64,000 nucleotides of DNA from Gammaproteobacteria bacterium (GCA_033717875.1 JADDKJ010000002.1:67280-131279); one strand, 5' to 3'; shown: positions 44,588 through 54,717, counted from the stretch's first letter. The notes: generated by a model from the sequence alone, not told the origin. Translations and numbers: made by a program.

Positions 44588-45547
44588 TTACCCGCCATAA
44601 AACGTTTTCTCTCCAGCCGGTCGCGTCTTGAAACGACGATGCACCCATAGATACTGTTCGGGAATACGGCGAATCTGTTCTTCGAAGAGGGCGTTGATGC
44701 GGGCGGCGTCGTGGCCGGCATCTTCGCTGGGGAAATTTTCCAGGGCGGGGGCAAGGGCGATGCGGTAACCCGCATCGCCCGGCAGCCGCTCGGGAAATAC
44801 CGGGATGACCGGCGCGCCGCTCAGCCGCGACAGCTCGGCGGTCGCGGTCATGGTGGCAGCGGGGATGCCGAAAAAGGGGACAAACGTGCTGTGCTTGCCT
44901 GCATAATTCTGATCGGGCGAGTACCACACCGGCTTGTTGTCCTTGAGCACACGCAGCATGGCGCGGATGTTGCCATGGGGTATCACGGGCGCGTGCCGCT
45001 GCCGGGCGCGGCGCATGACTTCGTCGAAAAGCGGATTCTTGTGCGGGCGGTAGGTCGCGCGCAGCGGTATGTGCATGGATAGCAACGTCGTGCCGATCTC
45101 CACGGTGGTGAAGTGGGCCATCAGCAGGATCGCGCCCCGGCCTTTCTTCAGCGCCTCGTCCAGGTGTTCGAGTCCTTCCATTCTTGCCAAGCCGCGCAGC
45201 CGGGCAGGAGGGGTCCACCAGCACAGCATGGTCTCCATGAGACTCATGCCCAGCGACTGGAAATGTCTTTTCAGCAAATAGCGGCGCTGCGGCTCGGTCA
45301 GATCTGGAAAGCACAACGCGAGATTGACCGTGGCGACGCGCCGCCGGTGCCCCGGCAGGATTCCGAGAACATGCCCCAGCACGCGGCCGATACGCATCAG
45401 CCAGGCATAGGGCAAGCGGGCGATGCACCACGAGGCGCCTATTCCGGCCCAGGTTGGCCAATAGCGGGGGGAGATGAAACGGCTGAGGAGCGCTGAAGTA
45501 TCGGTCACAATGGTTGAAGCTTGTCTATAGCCGGCACATTCTACCAC
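44588..45547 (-). CDS. Lipid A biosynthesis lauroyl/myristoyl acyltransferase family protein (LpxL/HtrB-like); start uncertain
   Basis: 'LMAHFTTVEIG' (HX4E acyltransferase motif) and the overall LpxL-like pattern. Confidence 0.65.
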   Translation of the reverse strand: MVECAGYRQASTIVTDTSALLSRFISPRYWPTWAGIGASWCIARLPYAWLMRIGRVLGHVLGILPGHRRRVATVNLALCFPDLTEPQRRYLLKRHFQSLGMSLMETMLCWWTPPARLRGLARMEGLEHLDEALKKGRGAILLMAHFTTVEIGTTLLSMHIPLRATYRPHKNPLFDEVMRRARQRHAPVIPHGNIRAMLRVLKDNKPVWYSPDQNYAGKHSTFVPFFGIPAATMTATAELSRLSGAPVIPVFPERLPGDAGYRIALAPALENFPSEDAGHDAARINALFEEQIRRIPEQYLWVHRRFKTRPAGEKTFYGG

Positions 45548-46185
45548 GCAGGCGGCAGTTTCTCGTTGACCGTGATGGTTTTACCCTCGATATGAATGTA
45601 TCCACCCGTCACCAGATCACGCAGAATGCGCCCCACCATCTCGCGCGAAGCGCCGACGCGGTTGGCGATCTCCTGATGGGTGATCCCGCTTTCAATGACC
45701 ATCTTGCCCTCGCGCGGCTGGGCGAGACTCAGCAACAGCTTGGCCACGCGGCCATAGACATCCATCAGCGCCAGGCTTTTCACGTTGTCGGTGAGCAGAC
45801 GCAGCCGCCGGCACAGGCCCTTGATCAAGACCAGGGCGACATCCGGGTGATCGGCCAGATATTGCCGGAAATCGCTCTTTGAAATCACCTGGAAAGATGA
45901 TTTCTCCAAAGTCATTACCGACGCCGAACGCGGCTGGTCATCGACCAGGGCCAGCTCGCCGAAGTATTCACCCGGCCCATGGAAATTGAGAATGATCTCC
46001 TTGCCCTCCTCATCCTGGAGAAAGACCTTCACCCGTCCCTCCAGAATCACATAAAGCGAATCACTCTGATCGCCTTCGGTGATGACAATGGTATTCTTGG
46101 GAACAACCTTCCTGACGGCGCGCTCCAGCAACGGGCGCAGCGTCTCTTCGCTCAATCCTTTAAACAGAGAGATGTTTGCCAACAT
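45541..46185 (-). CDS. crp: Crp/Vfr-like cAMP receptor transcriptional regulator
   Basis: cNMP-binding 'YFGELALVDDQPRSASV' and DNA-recognition helix 'REMVGRILRDL', close to CRP 'RETVGRILKML'. It lacks the FNR N-terminal Cys cluster. Confidence 0.75.
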   Translation of the reverse strand: MLANISLFKGLSEETLRPLLERAVRKVVPKNTIVITEGDQSDSLYVILEGRVKVFLQDEEGKEIILNFHGPGEYFGELALVDDQPRSASVMTLEKSSFQVISKSDFRQYLADHPDVALVLIKGLCRRLRLLTDNVKSLALMDVYGRVAKLLLSLAQPREGKMVIESGITHQEIANRVGASREMVGRILRDLVTGGYIHIEGKTITVNEKLPPAW

Positions 46186-46282
46186 GGGCGATCACCAGAG
46201 CATGAATCAGAAGACATACATTTTATCCCGGCCGGCTTTTAATTACACTCATGGACATCGCGACGGGATTTCGTAGCACACC

Positions 46283-48529
46283 ATGAAAACGAGGCGACTG
46301 GCCAAAGCCGGAATACTGGGCATGCTGACAGCCACGTTGGGCGTGGCGATCAGCCTGACACCCTTCGGCGCGATGCTGGAAGAGAACATTGGCCTGGACG
46401 CCCTGTTTGCCTGGCGCGGCGCCGCCACACCACCCGCCGAGATGGTAGTAATCACCATCGACAAAGCTTCCTCCGACCAGTTCGGATTGCCCAATAATCC
46501 GGCCAAGTGGCCGCGCGCGCATCACGCCCGCCTCATCGACAACCTAGCCGGGCAGGGCGCGCGCGTCGTCGCCTTCGACATCCTGTTCGCTGAACCGCGC
46601 GAAGCCGCGGGCGACCAGGCCCTCGCCAGAGCCATGGGCGCGGCGCGCAACGTGGTATTGGTCGAAGCGCTCAAAAGCGAGGCGGTCACGACAGGCGGCA
46701 CGTCCATTCGCAACGGCGGCGATGCCGCACTGGAACGGCTCGTTCCTTCGTTGCCGCTGTTCACCGACAACGCGCTGGCCAGCGCGCCTTTCCCCCTGCC
46801 CAAGGTGCCCGTCAGAGTCAGCCGCTTCTGGACCTTCAAGGCAGGCGCGGGAGAAACGCCGACATTACCGGCCGTCGCCTTGCAGCTTTATGCGCTGCCC
46901 GTGTATGACGCATTCCACGCCCTCATCGCGCGCGCCGCCCCCTCCCACGCCGCGCGCCTGCCGTCGGATCAGGCGGAGGCCTTGCGCACCGGCGTCGTAC
47001 CTCTCGCCCAGACGCTGCGCGCCCTATTCACCCGCGACCCATCGCTGGCGGAAGAGATGCGCCAGATACTGGACAGCCAGCGTCATCCCCAAGCAAACCT
47101 GCTGCGCGCACTGATCAACCTTTATTCCGGCGTTGATTATCCTTACCTGAACTTCTATGGCCCGCCCCATACCATCTCCACCCTGTCTTATCACGAGGCA
47201 TTACAACTAGCGGAACAGCCCCGGCCGCATTTCAAGGACAAGGTGGTTTTCGTCGGCTTTTCAGAACACCTGCAACCGGAACAGAAAGACGGTTTTTATA
47301 CCGTATTCTCACAAGAAGACAACGGTCTCGATGTCAGCGGCGTGGAAATCGCCGCCACAGCCTTCGCCAATCTTCTGGAAACCCGGCCGGTGCGGCCTGC
47401 CAGTCCCATGCTATATCTCGCCATTCTGCTGGGTTGGGGCTTGCTACTCGGCGTAGGGTGCCGGCTGCTTCCGATTGCCATCGCCCTTTCCGGCAGCGCG
47501 GTTTCGATCATCGCTTATGCCGCGTTCGCCGCTCATCAATTCGAAACAACGGCGCTGTGGCTGCCGCTGGTCATTCCGCTTTTGATCCAGGCGCCGTTCG
47601 CGCTGGCCGGCGCGACATTATGGCGTTATATCGACACCCATCGGGAACGGCGCGTCATCCACACCGCATTCGGCCATTACCTTCCCTCCACCGTCGTCGA
47701 TGAAATCGCCAAGGGCACAGGCAACATCGCGCCCGAAGGGCGTTTGGTGCATGGCGTATGCCTCTGCACCGATGCGGCGCAATACACCACGCTTGCGGAA
47801 ATGCTCGACCCCGCGCGCCTGCAAACCCTGATGAACGACTATTACAAGACGATTTTCACGCCGGTGCGCGAACATGGCGGCATCATTTCCGACGTTGTCG
47901 GCGATGCCATGCTGGCGCTCTGGACCGATCCCGCCGCCAACATCGAATCGCGGCGGCAAGCTTGCCGGGCGGCGCTGGATCTTGCGCAAGCCACCGACCG
48001 GTTCAACAACGATTTGGGCCATCCGCCACTGCCCACGCGCATCGGTTTGCACAGCGGCGACGTCATGCTGGGCAACATTGGCGCGGTGGATCACTTCGAA
48101 TACCGCGCGGTGGGCGACATCGTGAACACCGCCACACGCATCCAGACGCTCAACAAGCAGATTGGAACAAAAATATTAGTATCGAACGATATTCTTAAAG
48201 ATATCGACGCATTTTTAGTGCGGAAACTGGGAATTTTTCCCCTTGTGGGAAAATCCCAGCCCGTCGCCATTTGTGAACTGCTCTGCCGCATCGAAGACGC
48301 TACGGAATCGCAACGGCAAATTTGCGGCATCTTCGACGCGGGACTCGCCGCCTTCAGGGAGCAGCGCTGGCGCGAGGCAGCGGAGAGCTTCAGCGCTGTG
48401 CTACGCCTCGATGAACAGGATGGTCCCGCGCGCTTCTATCTCGCACTGTGCGACCGCGATCGTCACCGCCGCCGCTCCGATCCCATGCACGGCATTTTTC
48501 CCGCCGATATTTCAGAAAAAAGCGATTGA
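46283..48529 (+). CDS. CHASE2 sensor fused to a class III adenylate/guanylate cyclase (CyaB-like)
   Basis: N-terminal TM, a periplasmic CHASE2 region, three or four TM helices, then the cyclase catalytic domain 'LCTDAAQYTTLAEML...GDAMLALW...IGLHSGDVMLGNIGA'. Confidence 0.85.
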   Translation: MKTRRLAKAGILGMLTATLGVAISLTPFGAMLEENIGLDALFAWRGAATPPAEMVVITIDKASSDQFGLPNNPAKWPRAHHARLIDNLAGQGARVVAFDILFAEPREAAGDQALARAMGAARNVVLVEALKSEAVTTGGTSIRNGGDAALERLVPSLPLFTDNALASAPFPLPKVPVRVSRFWTFKAGAGETPTLPAVALQLYALPVYDAFHALIARAAPSHAARLPSDQAEALRTGVVPLAQTLRALFTRDPSLAEEMRQILDSQRHPQANLLRALINLYSGVDYPYLNFYGPPHTISTLSYHEALQLAEQPRPHFKDKVVFVGFSEHLQPEQKDGFYTVFSQEDNGLDVSGVEIAATAFANLLETRPVRPASPMLYLAILLGWGLLLGVGCRLLPIAIALSGSAVSIIAYAAFAAHQFETTALWLPLVIPLLIQAPFALAGATLWRYIDTHRERRVIHTAFGHYLPSTVVDEIAKGTGNIAPEGRLVHGVCLCTDAAQYTTLAEMLDPARLQTLMNDYYKTIFTPVREHGGIISDVVGDAMLALWTDPAANIESRRQACRAALDLAQATDRFNNDLGHPPLPTRIGLHSGDVMLGNIGAVDHFEYRAVGDIVNTATRIQTLNKQIGTKILVSNDILKDIDAFLVRKLGIFPLVGKSQPVAICELLCRIEDATESQRQICGIFDAGLAAFREQRWREAAESFSAVLRLDEQDGPARFYLALCDRDRHRRRSDPMHGIFPADISEKSD

Positions 48530-48605
48530 CAAAAGTTTATTTTATGTAACACACTCCGCGCTCAAGTAAAAAAACGACAAACAACAGCAGGGATGAAGAA
48601 AACGA

Positions 48606-51600
48606 ATGCAACAAGCTGTCGCGCGGAAAAACAAGCAGCGCCTGATACTGCCCGTGGCATTTCTGGCGATGATCTCGCCCACCCCCGGTCACACCGCACC
48701 GGATGAGTGCGCGGATTGGGTGGCGAGGGCCGTATCAATGGAAGGAAACGTGGAGGGACACAGCGGCATGGATCCCGTCTGGCAGCCCGTCAGACCCAAT
48801 CAAGTTTTCTGCCCCGGCAGCGCCATACGTACCGGGCCGCGCAGCCGCGCCGCCCTGCTACTGCGCAACCAGAGCGTGCTGCGCATCGACCAGCGTTCCG
48901 CCATCACCTTCCCCGCCGCCGAGAGCGAAACACCCTTCTGGCTCAGAATGCTCAACGGCGCGGTGAACGTCATCACCCGCACACCGAAAAAATTCCAGAT
49001 CGACACTCCTTTCGTCAATGCCGCGGTGGACGGCACGGAATTCCTCGTCGCCACCACGGAAAACGAAGCCACCGTCTCGGTATTCGAGGGTCAGGTCAGC
49101 GCCACCAACCCCCAAGGACAACGGGTGCTGAAAAGCGGCGAATCGGCCAGCGCCAGCCCCGGCCAGGCGCCCGTCCCGCACATCCTCGCTCGTCCGCGCG
49201 ACGCCGTGCAGTGGGCGCTCTATTACCCGCCGGTGCTGACATTCCGCCGCGAAGATTTCCGCGAAGGCGATGAAAACGCCTGGCAAGGGCGCGTGCGCCG
49301 ATCCATCGCCGCTTATCGGGAGAGCCGCCTGTCCGATGCGCTGGAGATCATCGCCCAGACGCCGCAAGACAACCCCGGCGCATCCTTCTTCACCTGGCGC
49401 GCCGCATTACTGCTCGAAACCGGGCGCAGCGACGAGGCCGGCACCGATCTTCAGACCGCCCTCGGTCTCGACCCGAACCACGGACCCGCTTATGCCCAGC
49501 AAGCGATCATCGCCGTCACGCAGAACCGGCGCAATGAAGCGCTCGAACAAGCAAGACGCGCCACCACTCTGACACCGCAAAACGCCGCTTCCTGGATCGC
49601 CCTCTCCTACGCCGAACAGGCCAGCTTCAACCTCCAGGCCGCGCTCGACGCTGCACAGCAAGCCATTGAGAAAGAACCCGGCAACGCCCTGGCCTGGGCG
49701 CGGCTCGCCGAACTGCGGTTGTCACTGGCCGACTTGGACGGCGCGCTGGCCGCCGCCGAAAAAGCCGCGGCGCTCGACCCGAACCTGGCCCGCACCCACA
49801 GCGTGCTCGGCTTCGTCCGGCTCGCCCAGATCAATACCCGCGACGCACGCCTATCGTTCGAACACGCCATCGCCCTCGTCCCCTCCGACCCCCTCCCCCG
49901 CCTCGGCCTGGGCCTCGCCAAAATCCGCAACGGCGAACTCGCCGCCGGCCGCGAAGACATCGAAATCGCCACCGCCCTTGACCCCAACAACGCGCTGGTG
50001 CGCAGCTACATGGGCAAGGCCTATTACGAAGAAAAACGCGCCAGCCTGGCGGCAAGCCAATTCGACATCGCCAAGGCGCTCGACCCCAATGATCCTACGC
50101 CGTGGTTCTATGACGCCATTCTCAAGCAGAGCGTCAACCGGCCTGTCGAGGCATTGCAGGATTTGCAAAAATCCATCGAGTTGAATGACAACCGCGCGGT
50201 TTACCGTTCACGCCTACTGCTCGATAGCGACGCAGCCGCACGTAGCGCCAGCCAAGCACGGATATACAGTGACCTTGGTTTTCAACAACTGGCCATGGTC
50301 GAGGGCTGGAAATCTCTCAACACCGACCCCGCCAACCACTCTGCGCACAGGTTCCTCGCCGACTCCTATGCCGGCATACCACGCCACGAAATCGCCCGTG
50401 TCAGCGAGCTGCTGCAAGCGCAACTGCTGCAACCGCTCAACATCAACCCGATTCAGCCCCAGTTGGCGGAGAGCAATCTTGGAATACTGGATGGAGCGGG
50501 GCCATCGCGAGCAGGGTTTAATGAATTTAACCCGCTTTTTGCACGTGACCGGGTTGGGTTCCAGGTAAATGGGATAGGGGGCGGAAATAACACGCTAGGA
50601 AATGATCTCGTCATTTCAGGAACGCAGGGAAAACTATCCTACAGCATAGGGCAGTTCCACTACCAGACAGATGGATTCCGGAAAAACAACGATATCAAGC
50701 AAGACCTCTACACCCTGTTTGTACAGGGCGCCTTGTCCCATAAAACCAGCGTACAGGCCGAATTCAGGTCATCGGACAGAGAGAACGGCGACTTGGCTCT
50801 GCGCTTTTCTCCGGATAACTTTTCAGCAGCGCTACGGGAGAATACCAATACCGAGACATCAAGACTCGGATTCCGTCATGCTTTCTCACCATCGTCGGAT
50901 TTGATCGGGTCAATCATTTTCCAGAATTCCGATTCAGACAATCATGATACAAATCCATTCCTGTCCATCACTTCCGCCAGAAAGGATCAGGGTTATATCG
51001 GTGAAATACAGCACCTGTTCCGTTCGATGCGATTCAATCTTGTCAGCGGCATCGGGCATTACTCCCTGGAAAGAAAAACGGTGATCACAACGGACTTTGG
51101 CATACCTTTCATTCCCAAAGCGACGTCATCCAAGACAGGTGATGTCGAGAGAGGCAATGCTTATTTCTATTCACGGACAAATGTCTTGGAAAATATGACA
51201 TTTGCGCTAGGCATAAGCGCCGACAAATATCAGGGAACATTTATGGATAAAAACCAGATAAATCCCAAACTCGGACTGATCTGGAATATCTCGCCGGCGA
51301 CCACTGTGCGTGCCGCTGCTTTCAGAGTCCTGAAAAGAGACCTGATCACCAACCAAACCCTTGAACCAACACAAGTCGCCGGCTTTAATCAATTTTTTGA
51401 TGATATTAACGGCACGGATTCCAAACGCTACGGCGTAGCCCTCGACCAACAGTTAACACACTCTTCATATAGTGGGATAGAGCTTTCCAGGAGGGATATG
51501 AGCGTCCCTTACAACAACCCCTTTTCAGGAGAAACTCTCACTGCGAAATGGAAAGAGAACATTGGCCGCTTTTATTTATATTGGTCGCCACAGCCCTGGC

Positions 51601-51989
51601 TTTCCAGCAGTATGGAATATAACTTTGAACGGATCGAAAGAGATGCGAATTTTACAACGGGAAATTTATTGGACCTAAAGACACACAAGCTGCCTTTGGC
51701 CATCAATCTGTTTTCCCCATCCGGGCTCACTATGCAATTCAAGGCAACCTACTTCAATCAAGCGGGGGATTTTTTTGATCCCGCATCCTCACTCGTCACA
51801 TACGGGAGCGATCAATTCTGGCTTGCGAACTTCAATGCAAGCTATCGGCTACCCAAGCGTTATGGAATCATTTCGGCAGGAGTCAACAATTTATTCAACA
51901 AACGATTCAGCTTTCAGGATACCGATCCGGCGACCCCACGCGTGAGTCCGCAACGATTGATCTTTCTCAAGTTCACACTCACGTTTTAG
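48606..51989 (+). CDS. Secreted FecR-domain / TPR-repeat protein with a ~450-aa C-terminal beta-barrel-like domain (outer-membrane type)
   Basis: A signal peptide is followed by a FecR block 'LRIDQRSAITFP...VDGTEFLVAT', then at least 8 TPR-like repeats. A C-terminal region rich in alternating aromatic/Gly strands ends 'LIFLKFTLTF' (terminal Phe). Confidence 0.7.
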   Translation: MQQAVARKNKQRLILPVAFLAMISPTPGHTAPDECADWVARAVSMEGNVEGHSGMDPVWQPVRPNQVFCPGSAIRTGPRSRAALLLRNQSVLRIDQRSAITFPAAESETPFWLRMLNGAVNVITRTPKKFQIDTPFVNAAVDGTEFLVATTENEATVSVFEGQVSATNPQGQRVLKSGESASASPGQAPVPHILARPRDAVQWALYYPPVLTFRREDFREGDENAWQGRVRRSIAAYRESRLSDALEIIAQTPQDNPGASFFTWRAALLLETGRSDEAGTDLQTALGLDPNHGPAYAQQAIIAVTQNRRNEALEQARRATTLTPQNAASWIALSYAEQASFNLQAALDAAQQAIEKEPGNALAWARLAELRLSLADLDGALAAAEKAAALDPNLARTHSVLGFVRLAQINTRDARLSFEHAIALVPSDPLPRLGLGLAKIRNGELAAGREDIEIATALDPNNALVRSYMGKAYYEEKRASLAASQFDIAKALDPNDPTPWFYDAILKQSVNRPVEALQDLQKSIELNDNRAVYRSRLLLDSDAAARSASQARIYSDLGFQQLAMVEGWKSLNTDPANHSAHRFLADSYAGIPRHEIARVSELLQAQLLQPLNINPIQPQLAESNLGILDGAGPSRAGFNEFNPLFARDRVGFQVNGIGGGNNTLGNDLVISGTQGKLSYSIGQFHYQTDGFRKNNDIKQDLYTLFVQGALSHKTSVQAEFRSSDRENGDLALRFSPDNFSAALRENTNTETSRLGFRHAFSPSSDLIGSIIFQNSDSDNHDTNPFLSITSARKDQGYIGEIQHLFRSMRFNLVSGIGHYSLERKTVITTDFGIPFIPKATSSKTGDVERGNAYFYSRTNVLENMTFALGISADKYQGTFMDKNQINPKLGLIWNISPATTVRAAAFRVLKRDLITNQTLEPTQVAGFNQFFDDINGTDSKRYGVALDQQLTHSSYSGIELSRRDMSVPYNNPFSGETLTAKWKENIGRFYLYWSPQPWLSSSMEYNFERIERDANFTTGNLLDLKTHKLPLAINLFSPSGLTMQFKATYFNQAGDFFDPASSLVTYGSDQFWLANFNASYRLPKRYGIISAGVNNLFNKRFSFQDTDPATPRVSPQRLIFLKFTLTF

Positions 51990-52037
51990 GTTTTCAGACA
52001 GCCCCCGAGTCAACCAGCCGCAAATGGAGACACCACA

Positions 52038-52385
52038 ATGATGAAGAACGCCAAAAACACCGCCTTTTCACTTGCCCTGAGCCTGGCGATTCTACCGCTG
52101 GGCGCATGCGCGGTCATGAAAGACAAAAAAGACGGGGACGACACGGGCAAAGAACCATCAACGTCGTCCCTGCTACCTTTCAGTATTGTTTTCGACACCA
52201 AAGGTAATCCGTTTGTTCAGGACGAAAAAGGAAGGCTGATTTCCCCTGAACAAGTCAAATTCCCAATAAAAGACGTAAAAGAAATCGAAAATCTTCATGC
52301 CATTTCTGTCATGGGTGTTATTGGCTCACACTATTACATCGTAATAATCGGCGGTAATGCTTATAAGATAATGTTGCCGCACTGA
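52038..52385 (+). CDS. Small lipoprotein, hypothetical
   Basis: Lipobox 'ILPLGAC' after an n-region 'MMKNAKNTAFSLALSLA'. Total length 115 aa. Confidence 0.6.
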   Translation: MMKNAKNTAFSLALSLAILPLGACAVMKDKKDGDDTGKEPSTSSLLPFSIVFDTKGNPFVQDEKGRLISPEQVKFPIKDVKEIENLHAISVMGVIGSHYYIVIIGGNAYKIMLPH

Positions 52386-52446
52386 ACCGGAAATCTGCGA
52401 GACAGCTGCACAGAAATAAAGGGCGGGTTAGCATTTTATGCGAACC

Positions 52447-52547
52447 CGCCAAGCGTGCGAAGCACACAACTCGTTTCAAAGGAGTGCCGTTGGCACGGCT
52501 GGCGGGTGACGGTGCTGGAAAGATCGCCTAACCCACCCTCCATATTT
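52447..52547 (+). repeat. REP-3 / MITE-like element, copy 2
   Basis: It aligns over about 100 bp with 35531-35634. Confidence 0.6.
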
Positions 52548-54717
52548 TCTCCACCCCCCTCCCAGTCGCAGGTGACGGCTCAACACCCAATAACGCCGAA
52601 AACATCGTGCGGCAGCGCTGATACACTCCCAGCGCTTCGACGCGGCGGCCCTGCTGCTGGTAGCAGGCGATGAGGCGCTGATATAGCAGTTCCGCCAGCG
52701 GATCGGTCTCCAGCCCCTTGCGGTAGCAAGTGATGGCCTGTTCCCAGGCTCCGGCATGCTCGAACTGTCTGCCGAGCTGCTCGACATGACGCAGAAATTT
52801 GCTGCGCAGGCGTTCGCGCAACGGCAGAATCCATGGCTCCCCGGACTCCTTGGCGAGAAAATGTCCCTGATAGAGATCCAGGAACTTTTCGGCGTGGGAG
52901 GTTGAATCCATGTCTTGTGCTTTGCCGGCCAGCCGCTCGAACGCCCAGACATCCACCCAGCAGCGGGACGCATCCAGCGTGATGCAGCCATCGCGCACGA
53001 TGACGGCCTTTTCATCGCCGAGGAACTGGCGCAGACGGTGGAGGGTGGTGCGGAATGCCTGGTGTGCGGCATCACCTTCGGCATCGGGCCAGAGGGCGTC
53101 CATCAACTGGACTTCGTTCACATCGCGCCCGCCGAAAGCAATCAGCGCTTTCAACAGAGAGAGCGGCTTGCCTTGAGCGGCGCCGCGGGCGTGTAGCGTC
53201 TTGCCTTCCCTGAGCACCGAGAACCGCCCCAAGGTGTAAATCTTCACCGGCCAGGGCCAGTGGTCGCACTCCAGCGGTGGGCAGGGCGGGCGCAAACCAT
53301 ACTGGCGAATGATGTCGCGGATATATTCGACTTCGATGCCGTTATCCAGCGCCTTCTTGCACAGCACGGCCATCATGCAGGGACGCCAGCCGGGAATGAT
53401 CATATAGCCTTGCGCCCGGCTCAACGCGAAGGTCTTGCGCAGCAGGACGACGCTGCGCCCGTCGCGCTGCTGAATACAGCAGAACATCGCCTCCAGGATC
53501 AGCGCCATATATTCGAGCCAGCCGCTCTTCATGCCGCGAGCAAGATCGCGCAACTCCTTGACGTGAACGGAAGCCTCACGCCGCCCGCCATACTCGAGCA
53601 GGGCCTGGGCAAGCACGCCATGGCACAACGCCTGCTGAAAGGGTGCATCGACTTCAACCGCGGATGCCAGCGCGGCCTGTGCCTGCTCGACGGCCAGGCG
53701 GAAGTCGCCACGGCAGAGCGACTGCCAGGCTGACAGAAAGCTATGGACGGACACGTCCAGGCGGCGATCACTATCCAGCATTGCGCTCATGTTGCCAAGA
53801 AAACCGCTCGCGGCCTCGAGATTACCCGTGCTCAATGCGCCGCACACGCCTTGGGCATACAAATCGAAATCCATGCCCTGTATACCGGCGACCCGCATCG
53901 TCTCCAACCCTTGGGTCACCGCCTGCGAGCAAGCTTCAGGATCGTTGGCAAACCAGCCAAGCGCCGCCTCGCTTGCGCACCACTCGGCCTGAATCGCCAC
54001 AGAGGCTTTTTCAACGTCGGGCTTCATCGCTTCCATGATGTTACCTGCCTTCGCGAATTCACCTTTCCACACATAGTAGCGCGCCAGGCGACTTCCCAAT
54101 ACAAGCTGATGATCAAAGCCCAGGCCGCACGACAGCAACCACAACGCGCTCATCTCCCATTTCCTGGTATCTCGATGATGTGGCTGGTGGAGCGTCAGAA
54201 CACGCAGCATGGCCGCAGTGACACTGGCCTCGACTTCGTGAGAGGGAAAAGCGGGGTGAATACGCACCAGATCATCCAGAACGGCAACCCATGTCGCCAG
54301 CGGCGCATAATCCTTGCGTGCAGCCACGCAGGCATCCACGATACCGGCCCAGGACAGGAATATTCCCGAGACATCCTGCTTCCATTTGAACAGGGCGAAA
54401 GCCTCTTCCAGATCGGCGCGGCTCCGCGCAGGATCGCTGGACAGATGACACATGCCCCGCCAGTAGAGCAGCCACGGCGTTTCTGCCAAAATCGCCCGAG
54501 GAACGCGGCTCAAGCGACCCTCCAGCGTCTGGTGCCGCCCTTGGGAAATCAGCAACGGAGCCTGTTTGATGATGACCTGTGTTACCGTATCCCAGTCATT
54601 GATCGGCGAAGGCAGGGATTTGGTCTTCTCCGTAACATTGATTCTTGCAACGACAGGCGCATGCTCGACGCCCTCAAGCATGGGGCGACGGGAAATTTTG
54701 AGCAGAGGAGCATCCAT
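52528..54717 (-). CDS. Large transcriptional regulator: about 490-aa N-terminal helical region (MalT-like start, no P-loop) plus C-terminal SARP-type winged-helix and BTAD domain
   Basis: The C-terminal 'YTLGRFSVLREGKTL...GKPLSLLKALIAFGGRDVNEVQLMDALWPD...FRTTLHRLRQFLG' matches the SARP/OmpR-type wHTH. 'LYQRLIACYQQQGRRVEALGVYQRCRTMF' matches the BTAD. The N-terminus 'PLLKISRRPML' resembles the MalT N-terminus. Confidence 0.65.
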   Translation of the reverse strand: MDAPLLKISRRPMLEGVEHAPVVARINVTEKTKSLPSPINDWDTVTQVIIKQAPLLISQGRHQTLEGRLSRVPRAILAETPWLLYWRGMCHLSSDPARSRADLEEAFALFKWKQDVSGIFLSWAGIVDACVAARKDYAPLATWVAVLDDLVRIHPAFPSHEVEASVTAAMLRVLTLHQPHHRDTRKWEMSALWLLSCGLGFDHQLVLGSRLARYYVWKGEFAKAGNIMEAMKPDVEKASVAIQAEWCASEAALGWFANDPEACSQAVTQGLETMRVAGIQGMDFDLYAQGVCGALSTGNLEAASGFLGNMSAMLDSDRRLDVSVHSFLSAWQSLCRGDFRLAVEQAQAALASAVEVDAPFQQALCHGVLAQALLEYGGRREASVHVKELRDLARGMKSGWLEYMALILEAMFCCIQQRDGRSVVLLRKTFALSRAQGYMIIPGWRPCMMAVLCKKALDNGIEVEYIRDIIRQYGLRPPCPPLECDHWPWPVKIYTLGRFSVLREGKTLHARGAAQGKPLSLLKALIAFGGRDVNEVQLMDALWPDAEGDAAHQAFRTTLHRLRQFLGDEKAVIVRDGCITLDASRCWVDVWAFERLAGKAQDMDSTSHAEKFLDLYQGHFLAKESGEPWILPLRERLRSKFLRHVEQLGRQFEHAGAWEQAITCYRKGLETDPLAELLYQRLIACYQQQGRRVEALGVYQRCRTMFSALLGVEPSPATGRGVEKIWRVG

